From the IMG/VR virus record IMGVR_UViG_3300008107_006173: a stretch of 64,000 bases of DNA; one strand, 5' to 3'. Shown piece after piece: positions 1 through 10,340 of this stretch (positions within the stretch are counted from its first letter, which is position 1; the number at the start of each line of letters is the position of its first letter). The position numbers and the translations under genes were made by a program. The notes beneath the pieces are model-generated. The model saw nothing but the letters and a program-made list of their open reading frames with translations. It did not search any database and had not been told where the DNA came from. This DNA comes from a virus (lineage: Duplodnaviria; Caudoviricetes).

Positions 1-41
1 ACATTAACTTCATCGCGAATTTCTAATGTAACCTTCTGCAT
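1..41 (-). CDS. 5' fragment of a gene running off the left edge (MQKVTLEIRDEVN...), possibly a UvsW-like helicase
   Basis: ATG at 41 just downstream of a sigma70-like promoter; only 13 codons visible; the IxDEVN start resembles helicase N-termini of related phages (recollection). Confidence 0.35.
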   Translation of the reverse strand, partial: MQKVTLEIRDEVN

Positions 42-49
42 ACTATACT

Positions 50-78
50 AATTTATACTCAGTCAATGGATTTGTCAA
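50..78 (-). promoter_or_regulatory. sigma70-like promoter TTGACA-N17-TAAATT
   Basis: Read on minus strand between a terminator and the next ATG. Confidence 0.55.
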
Positions 79-92
79 GCCCTTAAAATAGA

Positions 93-127
93 TAAAAACT
101 ACCCCCCGAGTTGCCTCGGGGGGTAGT
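93..127 (-). terminator. Rho-independent terminator
   Basis: ACTACCCCCCGAG-GCAA-CTCGGGGGGTAGT followed by TTTT on minus strand, downstream of the ATPase gene. Confidence 0.9.
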
Positions 128-153
128 GCCTTTACGCTGTGGGAGAATAACGC

Positions 154-1209
154 TTAGGCAAACCGCTTCATACAGGTGCTCTCTGCAAGATCCTTCCAGT
201 TCTCAGGAGCCATCTTCTTAAGGTCTGCAACCTTAAGCACCATACGCAAACTAATCTCTCGGAGTAGACTTGCCTTCTCAACCATAAAGTCTACAACCTC
301 CTGCTCGCCCTCACCACCAAAATCGTACTCAGCAAGCATGCCGTCGTTAACGATCTGGTTAATTCGCAGGAAGCGATCGCTTACACTATCCATACCCAAG
401 TCAATGTAGTGGCAGCGTGACATTAGGGCCTGCAAGTGATCCTGAATCTTCTTGCTACGAACATTCTCAAAGTTGACGTTCGTGATAAAGATACAACCAC
501 CCTTAAAGTCGAATCGATCCGGAATGCCCTCGCGACGCAGAGCGTTGGATTCTGCCTTCCAAGTAATGGTGCGCTTCTTGCCCGAGTCCAGTACAGCCTT
601 GAGCATGTTCAAGCAAACTTCGTCAAACAAGATGCTGTCACAGTCGTCAAACACAAGGATGTCGCCTTCTCGACTGTTGTTAAACAGCGTCTGGAACAAA
701 CCAATTGGGCTCATTGCGCCCTTAACAACTTCAGTGCGAGCATCCTTACCGCCAGCGAGCTTGTGCATCGCTTCGTACTCATCGAGGATTCGCTCAACAC
801 CAAAGCTCTTACCAACACCAGGAGGGCCGCTAACAATTAGACCACGCACAACACCGTTAGCAACAGCGTCAGTCATTTGGTCTAGAATCGCAAAACGCTT
901 GCGGATACGATCCATTGCCTCTTCAGGCGTCTCTGCTGGTGCAGCAGGTTTAGTCTTAGTAACCAGTGCAGCAACAGGTGCCGCAGAAGCAACACTCACA
1001 GGAGTGTCAGTGCCGACGTACTCTACGTCTTCAATATTTTCAATCAACACGCGGATTGCTGCCTTATCAGTGCCGAGGATGTTTGAAGCATCAACGGTAA
1101 CAAACATGCCCTTCTTGCCTACCTTCATAGGCTTAACGAGCGGAAAAACAGTATCGTAAATTGGAGCATTACGATAGCTGCCCTGCTTAATTTTAATCAA
1201 CTTCTGCAT
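154..1209 (-). CDS. AAA+ family ATPase with N-terminal domain and Pro/Ala linker
   Basis: Walker A GPPGVGKS, Walker B LVFDDCD, SRC motif; GGAG RBS. Confidence 0.8.
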   Translation of the reverse strand: MQKLIKIKQGSYRNAPIYDTVFPLVKPMKVGKKGMFVTVDASNILGTDKAAIRVLIENIEDVEYVGTDTPVSVASAAPVAALVTKTKPAAPAETPEEAMDRIRKRFAILDQMTDAVANGVVRGLIVSGPPGVGKSFGVERILDEYEAMHKLAGGKDARTEVVKGAMSPIGLFQTLFNNSREGDILVFDDCDSILFDEVCLNMLKAVLDSGKKRTITWKAESNALRREGIPDRFDFKGGCIFITNVNFENVRSKKIQDHLQALMSRCHYIDLGMDSVSDRFLRINQIVNDGMLAEYDFGGEGEQEVVDFMVEKASLLREISLRMVLKVADLKKMAPENWKDLAESTCMKRFA

Positions 1210-1243
1210 TTAATGTCTCCCACAACATTTAACTTACATATTA

Positions 1244-1271
1244 ATAATAGCATCTTTTAGGATGCTGTCAA
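1244..1271 (-). promoter_or_regulatory. sigma70-like promoter TTGACA-N16-TATTAT
   Basis: TTGACA GCATCCTAAAAGATGC TATTAT upstream of the ATPase gene. Confidence 0.7.
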
Positions 1272-1276
1272 CCAGT

Positions 1277-1435
1277 TTAGGCAAGAATTTTCAACATAAC
1301 AATAAGGGCAATAATTGCGCCCCAATAGCCCAGGAATGCATCGAATCCTTTAAATCCTGTAAGCCCTGCGAGAATGTCAAGCAAGTTGCTCAACACTACC
1401 CAAGCCCCACCAAGAATTAATACTGCTGCAAACAT
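1277..1435 (-). CDS. 52-aa membrane protein (not in ORF track)
   Basis: MFAAVLILGGAWVVLSNLLDILAGLTGFKGFDAFLGYWGAIIALIVMLKILA; AAGGA RBS; own promoter; two hydrophobic segments. Confidence 0.7.
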   Translation of the reverse strand: MFAAVLILGGAWVVLSNLLDILAGLTGFKGFDAFLGYWGAIIALIVMLKILA

Positions 1436-1460
1436 CGTTTATTCCTTACCCTACATTTAT

Positions 1461-1488
1461 ATAATAACATCTTTAGGGAGAGTGTCAA
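1461..1488 (-). promoter_or_regulatory. sigma70-like promoter TTGACA-N16-TATTAT
   Basis: TTGACA CTCTCCCTAAAGATGT TATTAT. Confidence 0.7.
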
Positions 1489-1503
1489 CCATTTTTTAGG
1501 TAA

Positions 1504-1538
1504 TAAAAAAAGCCTGCTAAATCAATAACTTAGCAGGC
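1504..1538 (-). terminator. Probable terminator
   Basis: GCCTGCTAA...TTAGCAGGC stem followed by a T run on minus strand. Confidence 0.65.
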
Positions 1539-1547
1539 CTAATAAAA

Positions 1548-1694
1548 TCAATGACTTACGTCATCTTGTCCGTAATTGTCATTTTTAGCTTCTTTTTTGC
1601 GGTCTTTGAATACCTTAGCTCTGTTAAAATTATGTGCGTTTTTAGCCACAGGATTGCGTTTAGCAACTGTTGGTTTTTTAGGTTTTTTAGCCAT
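1548..1694 (-). CDS. 48-aa basic protein (not in ORF track)
   Basis: MAKKPKKPTVAKRNPVAKNAHNFNRAKVFKDRKKEAKNDNYGQDDVSH; GAGG RBS; own promoter. Confidence 0.7.
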   Translation of the reverse strand: MAKKPKKPTVAKRNPVAKNAHNFNRAKVFKDRKKEAKNDNYGQDDVSH

Positions 1695-1719
1695 AACACA
1701 ATTCCTCAAAAGTATACTA

Positions 1720-1748
1720 ATACTAGCACCTTTTTAGAAAAGTGTCAA
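1720..1748 (-). promoter_or_regulatory. sigma70-like promoter TTGACA-N17-TAGTAT
   Basis: TTGACA CTTTTCTAAAAAGGTGC TAGTAT. Confidence 0.65.
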
Positions 1749-1749
1749 C

Positions 1750-2070
1750 TCAGTATTCAGTACAACGATACTCTGTTCTACGCTCTAAAATATCGCCCCA
1801 ACGGTTTTGCACAATAATTGTAAGTTCTTCGCAATGCTTTTGTGGTTCCTTAACTACAATAATTTTGCGATTATTTTCTCGTTCTTTAGCCTTAGCATCT
1901 GAAATAATAGCACCAAGTACAATACCACCAATTAATGGTGCAACCCATTTGCCGCTACCTTTGTGATTGTGGTGATTGTGTGATCTATAATAATCATGAT
2001 GTTTAGGATCTGCTAGTGCGGGTGTTGCTACTGCAAATGAAAGAACTGCTGCTAAAATATATTTGTACAT
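1750..2070 (-). CDS. Hypothetical exported protein with His-rich segment
   Basis: Signal-peptide-like N-terminus (ALA-D), His-rich stretch, GGIVLGAII helix; GGAG RBS; upstream CTAAATA at 2089-2095. Confidence 0.7.
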   Translation of the reverse strand: MYKYILAAVLSFAVATPALADPKHHDYYRSHNHHNHKGSGKWVAPLIGGIVLGAIISDAKAKERENNRKIIVVKEPQKHCEELTIIVQNRWGDILERRTEYRCTEY

Positions 2071-2128
2071 AGTAATCTCCTACTATTTTATTTAGTGTTT
2101 TTGTATAGATTACAACCTTAACTAAACA

Positions 2129-2590
2129 TTAACTAATTACAATATCTTCCATGCCTGCGGTACGCAATCTTGTGATGTGACCAATCTGCCACTGTTTAGT
2201 ATCTAGGCCTTTCATAATACCCAAAAACTTATTACGCATCAGACTGAATTGGTTGGTCAGGTGAGTGAGAGTAATTACACTCTCCTCACCGTCCACAAAC
2301 TTTTCAGCATCTCTGCTGCTTAATTGACGATTATAACTTTCTAAATATTTTCTAAATACCTTACTGCGCTCTTTGCGTAATTCAATATTTAGATGTTCTA
2401 GAATTGCTTCAATTTCTTGAAGTTGGTTAAATCGCTTTTCAGTAATGCCCGGGAGGGCAGCACTGGCTTTTTCCAGACTGCCCTTGATCCCGCACTCGTA
2501 CCTGGCTTCGTCAAGCTCATTTTCAAAGTACTCAATGCAATCAACGATAACACTAAGATCTTCTACTATCTTGTTATACCAGGTACTCAT
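2129..2590 (-). CDS. uvsY: Recombination mediator UvsY-like
   Basis: RKYLESYNRQLSSRDAEKFVDGE motif, helical, in operon with uvsX and gp32. Confidence 0.75.
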   Translation of the reverse strand: MSTWYNKIVEDLSVIVDCIEYFENELDEARYECGIKGSLEKASAALPGITEKRFNQLQEIEAILEHLNIELRKERSKVFRKYLESYNRQLSSRDAEKFVDGEESVITLTHLTNQFSLMRNKFLGIMKGLDTKQWQIGHITRLRTAGMEDIVIS

Positions 2591-2593
2591 GCG

Positions 2594-2836
2594 TTAACAT
2601 TCCCAGTCATCTTCATCGCCATCTTCTTCTAATAGAAGATCAAAATGGCTTACTACTGCTGTCTTTAACACGCTGTCATATTCATTAACAAATGATTCAA
2701 CATCACTGATGTCTACATTATCGTCAAATAGTCTAACAAGTGTTTCAGCAGCCTGTAGTCTTTCTTTTCTTGGGATAAAGGATTTAACCGAATCCCAAAC
2801 TTCTCCTAGAAGTACTACTTCAGGACTCATCTGCAT
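2594..2836 (-). CDS. Acidic hypothetical protein
   Basis: GGAGG RBS before ATG 2836; coupled between uvsX and uvsY. Confidence 0.7.
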   Translation of the reverse strand: MQMSPEVVLLGEVWDSVKSFIPRKERLQAAETLVRLFDDNVDISDVESFVNEYDSVLKTAVVSHFDLLLEEDGDEDDWEC

Positions 2837-3926
2837 ATTCCTCCGTAGTTGGCTCAAAATCAGCGGGATCAGCGTCTGCTACAGTTGTAGTATTAGCGAC
2901 TGGATTTTGACCCCACTCGTCAATAATTACCTGCAACTTATTGTTGGTCCAACCTTTTCTGAACTCCTTGATGATTTCACCAGTAACAGGTGAAGTATAC
3001 GCAAGTCGATTGCCTTCCTTAACAAGAATACCTTTTGCTTCAAACATGTCCAATAGGCCACTATAAGGATTCATACCTGAGTCATAAGGAATCTTAATTT
3101 GAACGCTTTCAAACGGCTTGCTATAGCGAGTTTTCATTACCTTACAGGCACTACGAATACCACGCACTTCGCTAATCTTATTACCGTCATCATCTTCCTT
3201 GAGCTTGAGCTTACGCATAGCAACTACAATTGAACTAGCGTAAATAAAGCCCTGTCCACCACTGATCTTGTCATCTGGATCAAACATATCCTGACTTGCA
3301 TAAGTGTGGTTTGTTGCAACTAGTCCAATTGGATAAGGTGCAATCATGTTTACAGTATTACGAACCAAGGCTGTAAGAGCCTTTGGCTTTCTACCCATAT
3401 CACCCTTCATGTCACCCTTCTGGAACTGATCAACATCAGTTGGAGTAAGCAACATGCCGAGACTGTCAATTACGAACAGTAATTTGGGCATTTCTTCATA
3501 CTTCAGTGAGCCATAATTAACTTTGTAGTCTTTCATAAAGTCTGAGATGGCTTTGGCCACATCGTCAATCATGCTAACTGAAATACGCAACAGCTTTTCG
3601 GAACTAGTATCAACGTCTAGTGCCTTGAGCCATTCTTCATCAAGTGCGTTCTCGGAGTCAAAAAGAACAACCTGACAGCCCATCTTTTGAGCGTTCTTCA
3701 CAATATTGCCGGAGCAAATAAAGCTCTTACCGGAGCCTGATTCACCTGCAAACACACATACCTTACCTAGCGGAATACCCTTGTTAAAGTCTCCGCTGAT
3801 AAGATAGTTTAGAGTATGGTTACCTGTGCTGATCCAATCAACTGGATCATGGAAACCAGCACTGATACCCGTAATGTTTTTAGTTAGACCAGTACGAAAC
3901 TTGGTCAGATCAAAAGGTTTCTGCAT
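2820..3926 (-). CDS. uvsX: RecA-like recombinase UvsX
   Basis: Walker A GESGSGKS, VIDSLGML, KISGGQGFIYASS. Confidence 0.95.
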   Translation of the reverse strand: MQKPFDLTKFRTGLTKNITGISAGFHDPVDWISTGNHTLNYLISGDFNKGIPLGKVCVFAGESGSGKSFICSGNIVKNAQKMGCQVVLFDSENALDEEWLKALDVDTSSEKLLRISVSMIDDVAKAISDFMKDYKVNYGSLKYEEMPKLLFVIDSLGMLLTPTDVDQFQKGDMKGDMGRKPKALTALVRNTVNMIAPYPIGLVATNHTYASQDMFDPDDKISGGQGFIYASSIVVAMRKLKLKEDDDGNKISEVRGIRSACKVMKTRYSKPFESVQIKIPYDSGMNPYSGLLDMFEAKGILVKEGNRLAYTSPVTGEIIKEFRKGWTNNKLQVIIDEWGQNPVANTTTVADADPADFEPTTEEYADES

Positions 3927-3939
3927 ATACTACTCCTAA

Positions 3940-4956
3940 TTAGGCTTGCTTGCGGTTACGAATCATTGCAAGAATGTCATCAGCTGACTTCTTTGCACCA
4001 TCGCTTGCTGCTGGAGCAGGAGTTGGTTGTGCTTCTACCTTTGGTGCTGGAGTAGTGTCGAAAGGTGCTTCGTCATCTTCTTCAACTGCTGGCTTTGCTG
4101 CTGGAGCAGGCTTTGCTGCTGGAGCACTAGCCTTCTGAAGTGCTGGGCTTGCTGCACTAGCAGGTACTTCAACACCATATGGCTTATAGTAGTTACCCCA
4201 ACGAGCAGCATCATATAGTTCACCATTAACACTTGCTTCAAACATTTCAGCAATAGCCTTATAATGTTCAGCGGTTGGGCGAGCTGGGAGGAAGTCCTTT
4301 AGATCGTACAGACCATGCTCATCAATAGCAGCAAGTTCTGTTTCATCTAAACTACGCTCCTTACGAGCCCACTTACTGGTGCTGTAGTCTGCATACTGAC
4401 CCTTTGTTGTCTTTGACAAGCGGAAGTCTGTACCATTTACATAGTCAGTTGGGATATTTTCCATATCTGGGTCCATAAGCGCACCCTTAATGATATTGAA
4501 AATCTGAGGACCAATTACAAATCGACGAATTGGATTTTCTGGCTTTTCTTCATTTAGCGGATTTTCTGTTACAAAGCCCTGGAAGATATATGACTTCTTC
4601 TTCCAATACTTACGACCCATTTCCTCAAGGCTCGGATCCTTAAACCAAGGACGAACTTCAGTTAGAATTGGGCAGTTGTCGCTGTACATTTCACCGCACG
4701 GTACCTGTACAGTTACAGGCTTATTTTCTCCGCCTACAACACCAGGGAAGGTCAAGCGAATCATTTGTCGCTCTACCCAAAAGAATGTGTTGTTGGGGTC
4801 ACCGTCTGGTAGGAAACGAAGCGTTGCGCTTTGTCCTTCTTCAATATTCCAAAACGGGTAAATTGCGTTGTCGCCTGCGGTCTTGTTTGAATCTTTAGAA
4901 CCGGGCTTATTTTCCATTTGTGCGAGCTTCGCACGGATATCAGCTAATGAGGCCAT
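3940..4956 (-). CDS. gp32: Single-stranded DNA-binding protein, T4 gp32 family
   Basis: ATLRFLP, CPI, YWKKKSYIFQGFV, YADYSTSKW motifs; acidic/flexible C-terminus. Confidence 0.9.
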   Translation of the reverse strand: MASLADIRAKLAQMENKPGSKDSNKTAGDNAIYPFWNIEEGQSATLRFLPDGDPNNTFFWVERQMIRLTFPGVVGGENKPVTVQVPCGEMYSDNCPILTEVRPWFKDPSLEEMGRKYWKKKSYIFQGFVTENPLNEEKPENPIRRFVIGPQIFNIIKGALMDPDMENIPTDYVNGTDFRLSKTTKGQYADYSTSKWARKERSLDETELAAIDEHGLYDLKDFLPARPTAEHYKAIAEMFEASVNGELYDAARWGNYYKPYGVEVPASAASPALQKASAPAAKPAPAAKPAVEEDDEAPFDTTPAPKVEAQPTPAPAASDGAKKSADDILAMIRNRKQA

Positions 4957-5022
4957 AATGTTTTCTCCTTAAGTTGCCTTGTTGCCTTGTTTGTAACATA
5001 CCTAAATATGCTACTGTAGTTT

Positions 5023-5051
5023 ATTATATTGCCATGTTGTAGGAAAGTCAA
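5023..5051 (-). promoter_or_regulatory. sigma70-like promoter TTGACT-N17-TATAAT
   Basis: Near-consensus, upstream of gp32-uvsX-uvsY. Confidence 0.8.
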
Positions 5052-5133
5052 TGACTTTCTACAATTTTATTTATGCCAAACACACTAAATGCCCGACATT
5101 ATTAGTTATCTTTTTAAAAACTATAAATGAAGT

Positions 5134-5688
5134 TTACTGGAATTTGATTCGGTCAAAGTCAAACCAACCAGTTGCTATGTATTTGTCTGTTTGTAGATCT
5201 GCTGCTGCACGATGTAAATGAGTAAAAGATGCAGGCCATATAAGTAATGTTCCCGCTACAGGCTGAATTGATAGATCAAAATGCTTAAATTCGGTTGCGC
5301 CGCTTGTTTCAATAGAGTTTAAATATATCATCCAGGCTGCAAATCTTTTGTTTGACGATGCTTGTTCAGCATGCCAAACAGTAAAGCCGCCGCCTGGTTC
5401 AGACTTTTGAAATTTCCATATAGGATTAAAAATCTTATCAAACTTTTCAGTGCTAGCACCATACACATTATTGTATTTGTGCCAACCTTTATAAACTCGA
5501 TCAAAGATCATTGACTCAATAGTTGCCAGTTCGCTGTGAATGCCTGATCGAATATTATAATCCTTCCTATACGAATTATCAATATAATTTGCACGATTTT
5601 GAAGAATTATTTCATCAATTATTCTACATGTATTAGCGCACACATTACTTGGTAAGTATGAAGGATAACTACTTATAAATGTCGTCAT
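5134..5688 (-). CDS. 2OG-Fe(II) oxygenase
   Basis: GGGFTVWHAE (HxE), WMIYLN, FTHLHR, KYIATGW. Confidence 0.85.
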   Translation of the reverse strand: MTTFISSYPSYLPSNVCANTCRIIDEIILQNRANYIDNSYRKDYNIRSGIHSELATIESMIFDRVYKGWHKYNNVYGASTEKFDKIFNPIWKFQKSEPGGGFTVWHAEQASSNKRFAAWMIYLNSIETSGATEFKHFDLSIQPVAGTLLIWPASFTHLHRAAADLQTDKYIATGWFDFDRIKFQ

Positions 5689-5721
5689 AAAAAGTCCCGC
5701 ATAATGTTAATTATGCAGGAC
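5689..5721 (-). terminator. Probable terminator abutting the oxygenase start codon
   Basis: GTCCTGCATAAT-TAAC-ATTATGCGGGAC-TTTTT-ATG. Confidence 0.7.
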
Positions 5722-5746
5722 CAAGAAAAGATACACCACTTACTGA

Positions 5747-7009
5747 TTAAATTACGAATGTTTCTAAATATTTTTCGTATTGTTCCGATTCTGTTATGCC
5801 CGGTATTGTTTTAGTTTTTGCTTCGGATGCACTGAGTAGGCAGCTCTTAACTGTACCATACTCAAAATGATTTAGTGTGCCGCCTGCGTTAAGTTTCTTA
5901 CTAATGCCATGAAGATGATTGCTTAGTATTGGATTTTGAGCAGCGTATCCCATTTGTGCCACTTGATGCCCTAGTCGTGCATGTGGTGATTCAAAATCTA
6001 TCACATCACTTTCGCGCAATGAGTCTTTAAGTCCTTCAAAAGTTTCTTCCTGAATTGCATTTTTGATTCTACTCTCGTATGATTGTTGTCTTGCCATTGC
6101 TCGTTTGATACCGCCCATAGCATCAGCTACGCGGTTATCAAAATGTGTTTCTACAAACTTTTGTTCAATTTCAATTGTATCTTCTTCAATAATACTTAGA
6201 TTCTGATAGTCTTCTAAACTTTCTACAGTATTTGCGTATGTCTTAATACCACTTAGTTTTTCAAAAGTATTGCGAATGCTGTTAATTTGCTCTAGTGCTA
6301 GAGTTACATATTCTTCATTTGATTCGTTTACTAGATTTGCCTTGCGAACATAACGCACAAATTCTTGAAGCTTGCGATATTCTGCTGCTAGTTGAGTAAT
6401 TGATTCGCCTACGCTATCATGCATTTCGCCGCCTGCATACAAGTGACGTGCCATTGCACGAGCAGCCTTTAAACTGTTCTCCTGCATCTTGAAACGCTCT
6501 TCGCCGCGCTGAATATAAATGCTGTGAATGTTGCGACTGCGTGAGCCGCGAACTTCTTCATTAACAGCCTTCTTATGACGAACAACAATTTTAATGTTGT
6601 CTAGGGGTTGATAACTGGTTTTTGTTGATCCTGTCATCACACCAAATCCTTCCATAACGTCTGCCATGTCTTTCTCCGAATTTTGTGCAATATTAACTGC
6701 TTCACCTTTTGGCTCGATCTTCTTGTCAAATATCTTGTAATCAAAAGTAAATGGGGGATTACTTCTTGCAAGCTTCTGTAACATTTTTCTTATAGGATGC
6801 TCGCTCAAATCCTCGCTGGTCGCTAGACTAATAAGATCATAATTAAGATCTAACCGTACTAAAAGATTAGGATCAGACACAGAGAATCTAGTTGCTTCCT
6901 GTGGATTTACAACCAACTTTCCTTGCTTATCATAATTTTTTACAGCGTACCCAAAACCCTTTAAAATATTAAAGATTTTTTCCGCTAGTACATTAGTATC
7001 AATTGCCAT
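5747..7009 (-). CDS. Conserved hypothetical, probable virion/head protein
   Basis: 420-aa ORF with late promoter and RBS; several xxE motifs (VMEG, VNEE, VNES). Confidence 0.6.
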   Translation of the reverse strand: MAIDTNVLAEKIFNILKGFGYAVKNYDKQGKLVVNPQEATRFSVSDPNLLVRLDLNYDLISLATSEDLSEHPIRKMLQKLARSNPPFTFDYKIFDKKIEPKGEAVNIAQNSEKDMADVMEGFGVMTGSTKTSYQPLDNIKIVVRHKKAVNEEVRGSRSRNIHSIYIQRGEERFKMQENSLKAARAMARHLYAGGEMHDSVGESITQLAAEYRKLQEFVRYVRKANLVNESNEEYVTLALEQINSIRNTFEKLSGIKTYANTVESLEDYQNLSIIEEDTIEIEQKFVETHFDNRVADAMGGIKRAMARQQSYESRIKNAIQEETFEGLKDSLRESDVIDFESPHARLGHQVAQMGYAAQNPILSNHLHGISKKLNAGGTLNHFEYGTVKSCLLSASEAKTKTIPGITESEQYEKYLETFVI

Positions 7010-7030
7010 AATAGTATTATCCTCTAATAC

Positions 7031-7036
7031 TATTTA

Positions 7037-7038
<2 letters not shown>
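7031..7038 (-). promoter_or_regulatory. Late promoter GATAAATA
   Basis: T4 gp55-type TATAAATA variant overlapping the terminase stop codon. Confidence 0.75.
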
Positions 7039-8632
<1,594 letters not shown>

Positions 8633-8656
8633 CTAAAACAAACAGTTTTACTGATA

Positions 8657-10339
8657 TTATGATAACCGCTGTGCTAGCTTATCTTTAATAGCATTAATTA
8701 ATGCTGTTTTGTCAGTGGTATATTTAAGATCTAGTGGCTTTGGTCCAGGCACCATAGGGATAGCAACTTCAGCATCGTCACAACCGCATGGTTCTTCAGC
8801 CGGTGCTTCAGGAGCATGTGGTGCAAGAGCTACGGCAACATCTTTCATACTGGGCTCTTGCATTGCGCCGTCGCCATTGTAATTAACACCTGCTAACTTC
8901 AATATGCGATGCAATTCTTCCATATCCTTAGCATTGGCGCTTACTGTTACGCTAGAATCACCAATACGCTTAGTTTGATTAAAACTAATATTTGTATCTT
9001 CTTGCGGGCCTACTGCGCCAGGCATTGTCTCTGGACCCGGTGAATAATAGTTTTCGGGAAGAATAGATGATTTAGTGACCGTTGTTTTAAATACAGCAGG
9101 ATCTACTCCAACTCGTTTTGCAGCAACTTTGTGTGCATGGGCTGTATTTTGTGCTTTGACATGAACTGCCCCAGCATCAACTGATTTGCCAGCATGTTGT
9201 TTAGGGAATTCAACTTTCCACATACTGTATTCTTCATTAACATTATCTTCTGATACTATACGAGCACTTTTTGTTGAAGGTTGATCGCGATAATGATTAA
9301 GTGCTTTATATGCATTTAGTGGATGTACTGGTACACGCTTTGTGTGACCTAATAGACTGACAATTTCAATATATTGCTTACTCTTGCCAGAATCCTCACC
9401 AACTTTATCTGGTGCAGGTAATGCTTCAACATCGCCTACGATGCTTTCATAATCATCCATGCTTAATGCACCATTCTTTGACAATTCAATCATACGCTCT
9501 GCTGCATTGTGCAGATCCATATCTTCTTGTGCATCTTCACGGGCGTATTCCATCATACGAAGTAATAGAGGAACATCTAATGTTACTGTATCAACTTCAT
9601 CATTTTCGCTGTCGGCATCAGTTGGATCTTCATCGCTATCACCTAATGCGTCTTGCGCCATAGTTCCTGCTACATGGCCAACGCCGCCAGCTACACTACG
9701 AGTAACTGCACTTGCGCCGCTGCCAACCACTGCTCGACCAACAGCAGCGCCAATGGCTGGTAAAATTTCATCAAGCTGTTCTGCGCTTTCCATGCGGTCA
9801 TAATGACCTGCTTCTAAATCTTGAATAACTTGCTTGGTCCAAATACTTACATCGCTTGAACCAATTTCTTCTAAACCATCACTGCCGGCAAAATCTGCCA
9901 CATCATTAATAGCAGCCATTACCTTAACTGGACCGTACTTGCCAAGTAGGTCTGTGTGCTGCATCATAATGCGGCGAGTAACTGCGCTAGAAACTGCGTC
10001 AATGCTGTCTTGGTCTTCGGTAACATTCTCAACAGCCTTAACTAACTTTACCATTGCTAAAAACTTTGTTCTTAGTGCAGGATCAGCAAAAATCTTTTCT
10101 AACGCACCAGCAAACGGTGCCAAAGATTGTAATAATGAAGGATTTAGAGCTTTACCTTTTTCTGCTTGATCAATTGCTTGAGCAAATTTTGCATTTGGTT
10201 TTCCGCCTAATGCTCTCGATACAGCGGCTGCACCAGCTCTAGTTTTTGGATCTAGTGGTGCATTTTTTGTTTGTGCAGCTGGAGTGGCAGCTGGAGGCGC
10301 ATTAGTTGTTGCAGCGTTTTGGAATTCTGAAAACTTCAT
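8657..10339 (-). CDS. Modular probable internal head protein
   Basis: Likely start MKFSEF at 10339 with AAGGA RBS; several segments bounded by (L/V/I)xE motifs. Confidence 0.55.
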   Translation of the reverse strand: MKFSEFQNAATTNAPPAATPAAQTKNAPLDPKTRAGAAAVSRALGGKPNAKFAQAIDQAEKGKALNPSLLQSLAPFAGALEKIFADPALRTKFLAMVKLVKAVENVTEDQDSIDAVSSAVTRRIMMQHTDLLGKYGPVKVMAAINDVADFAGSDGLEEIGSSDVSIWTKQVIQDLEAGHYDRMESAEQLDEILPAIGAAVGRAVVGSGASAVTRSVAGGVGHVAGTMAQDALGDSDEDPTDADSENDEVDTVTLDVPLLLRMMEYAREDAQEDMDLHNAAERMIELSKNGALSMDDYESIVGDVEALPAPDKVGEDSGKSKQYIEIVSLLGHTKRVPVHPLNAYKALNHYRDQPSTKSARIVSEDNVNEEYSMWKVEFPKQHAGKSVDAGAVHVKAQNTAHAHKVAAKRVGVDPAVFKTTVTKSSILPENYYSPGPETMPGAVGPQEDTNISFNQTKRIGDSSVTVSANAKDMEELHRILKLAGVNYNGDGAMQEPSMKDVAVALAPHAPEAPAEEPCGCDDAEVAIPMVPGPKPLDLKYTTDKTALINAIKDKLAQRLS

Positions 10340-10340
10340 C

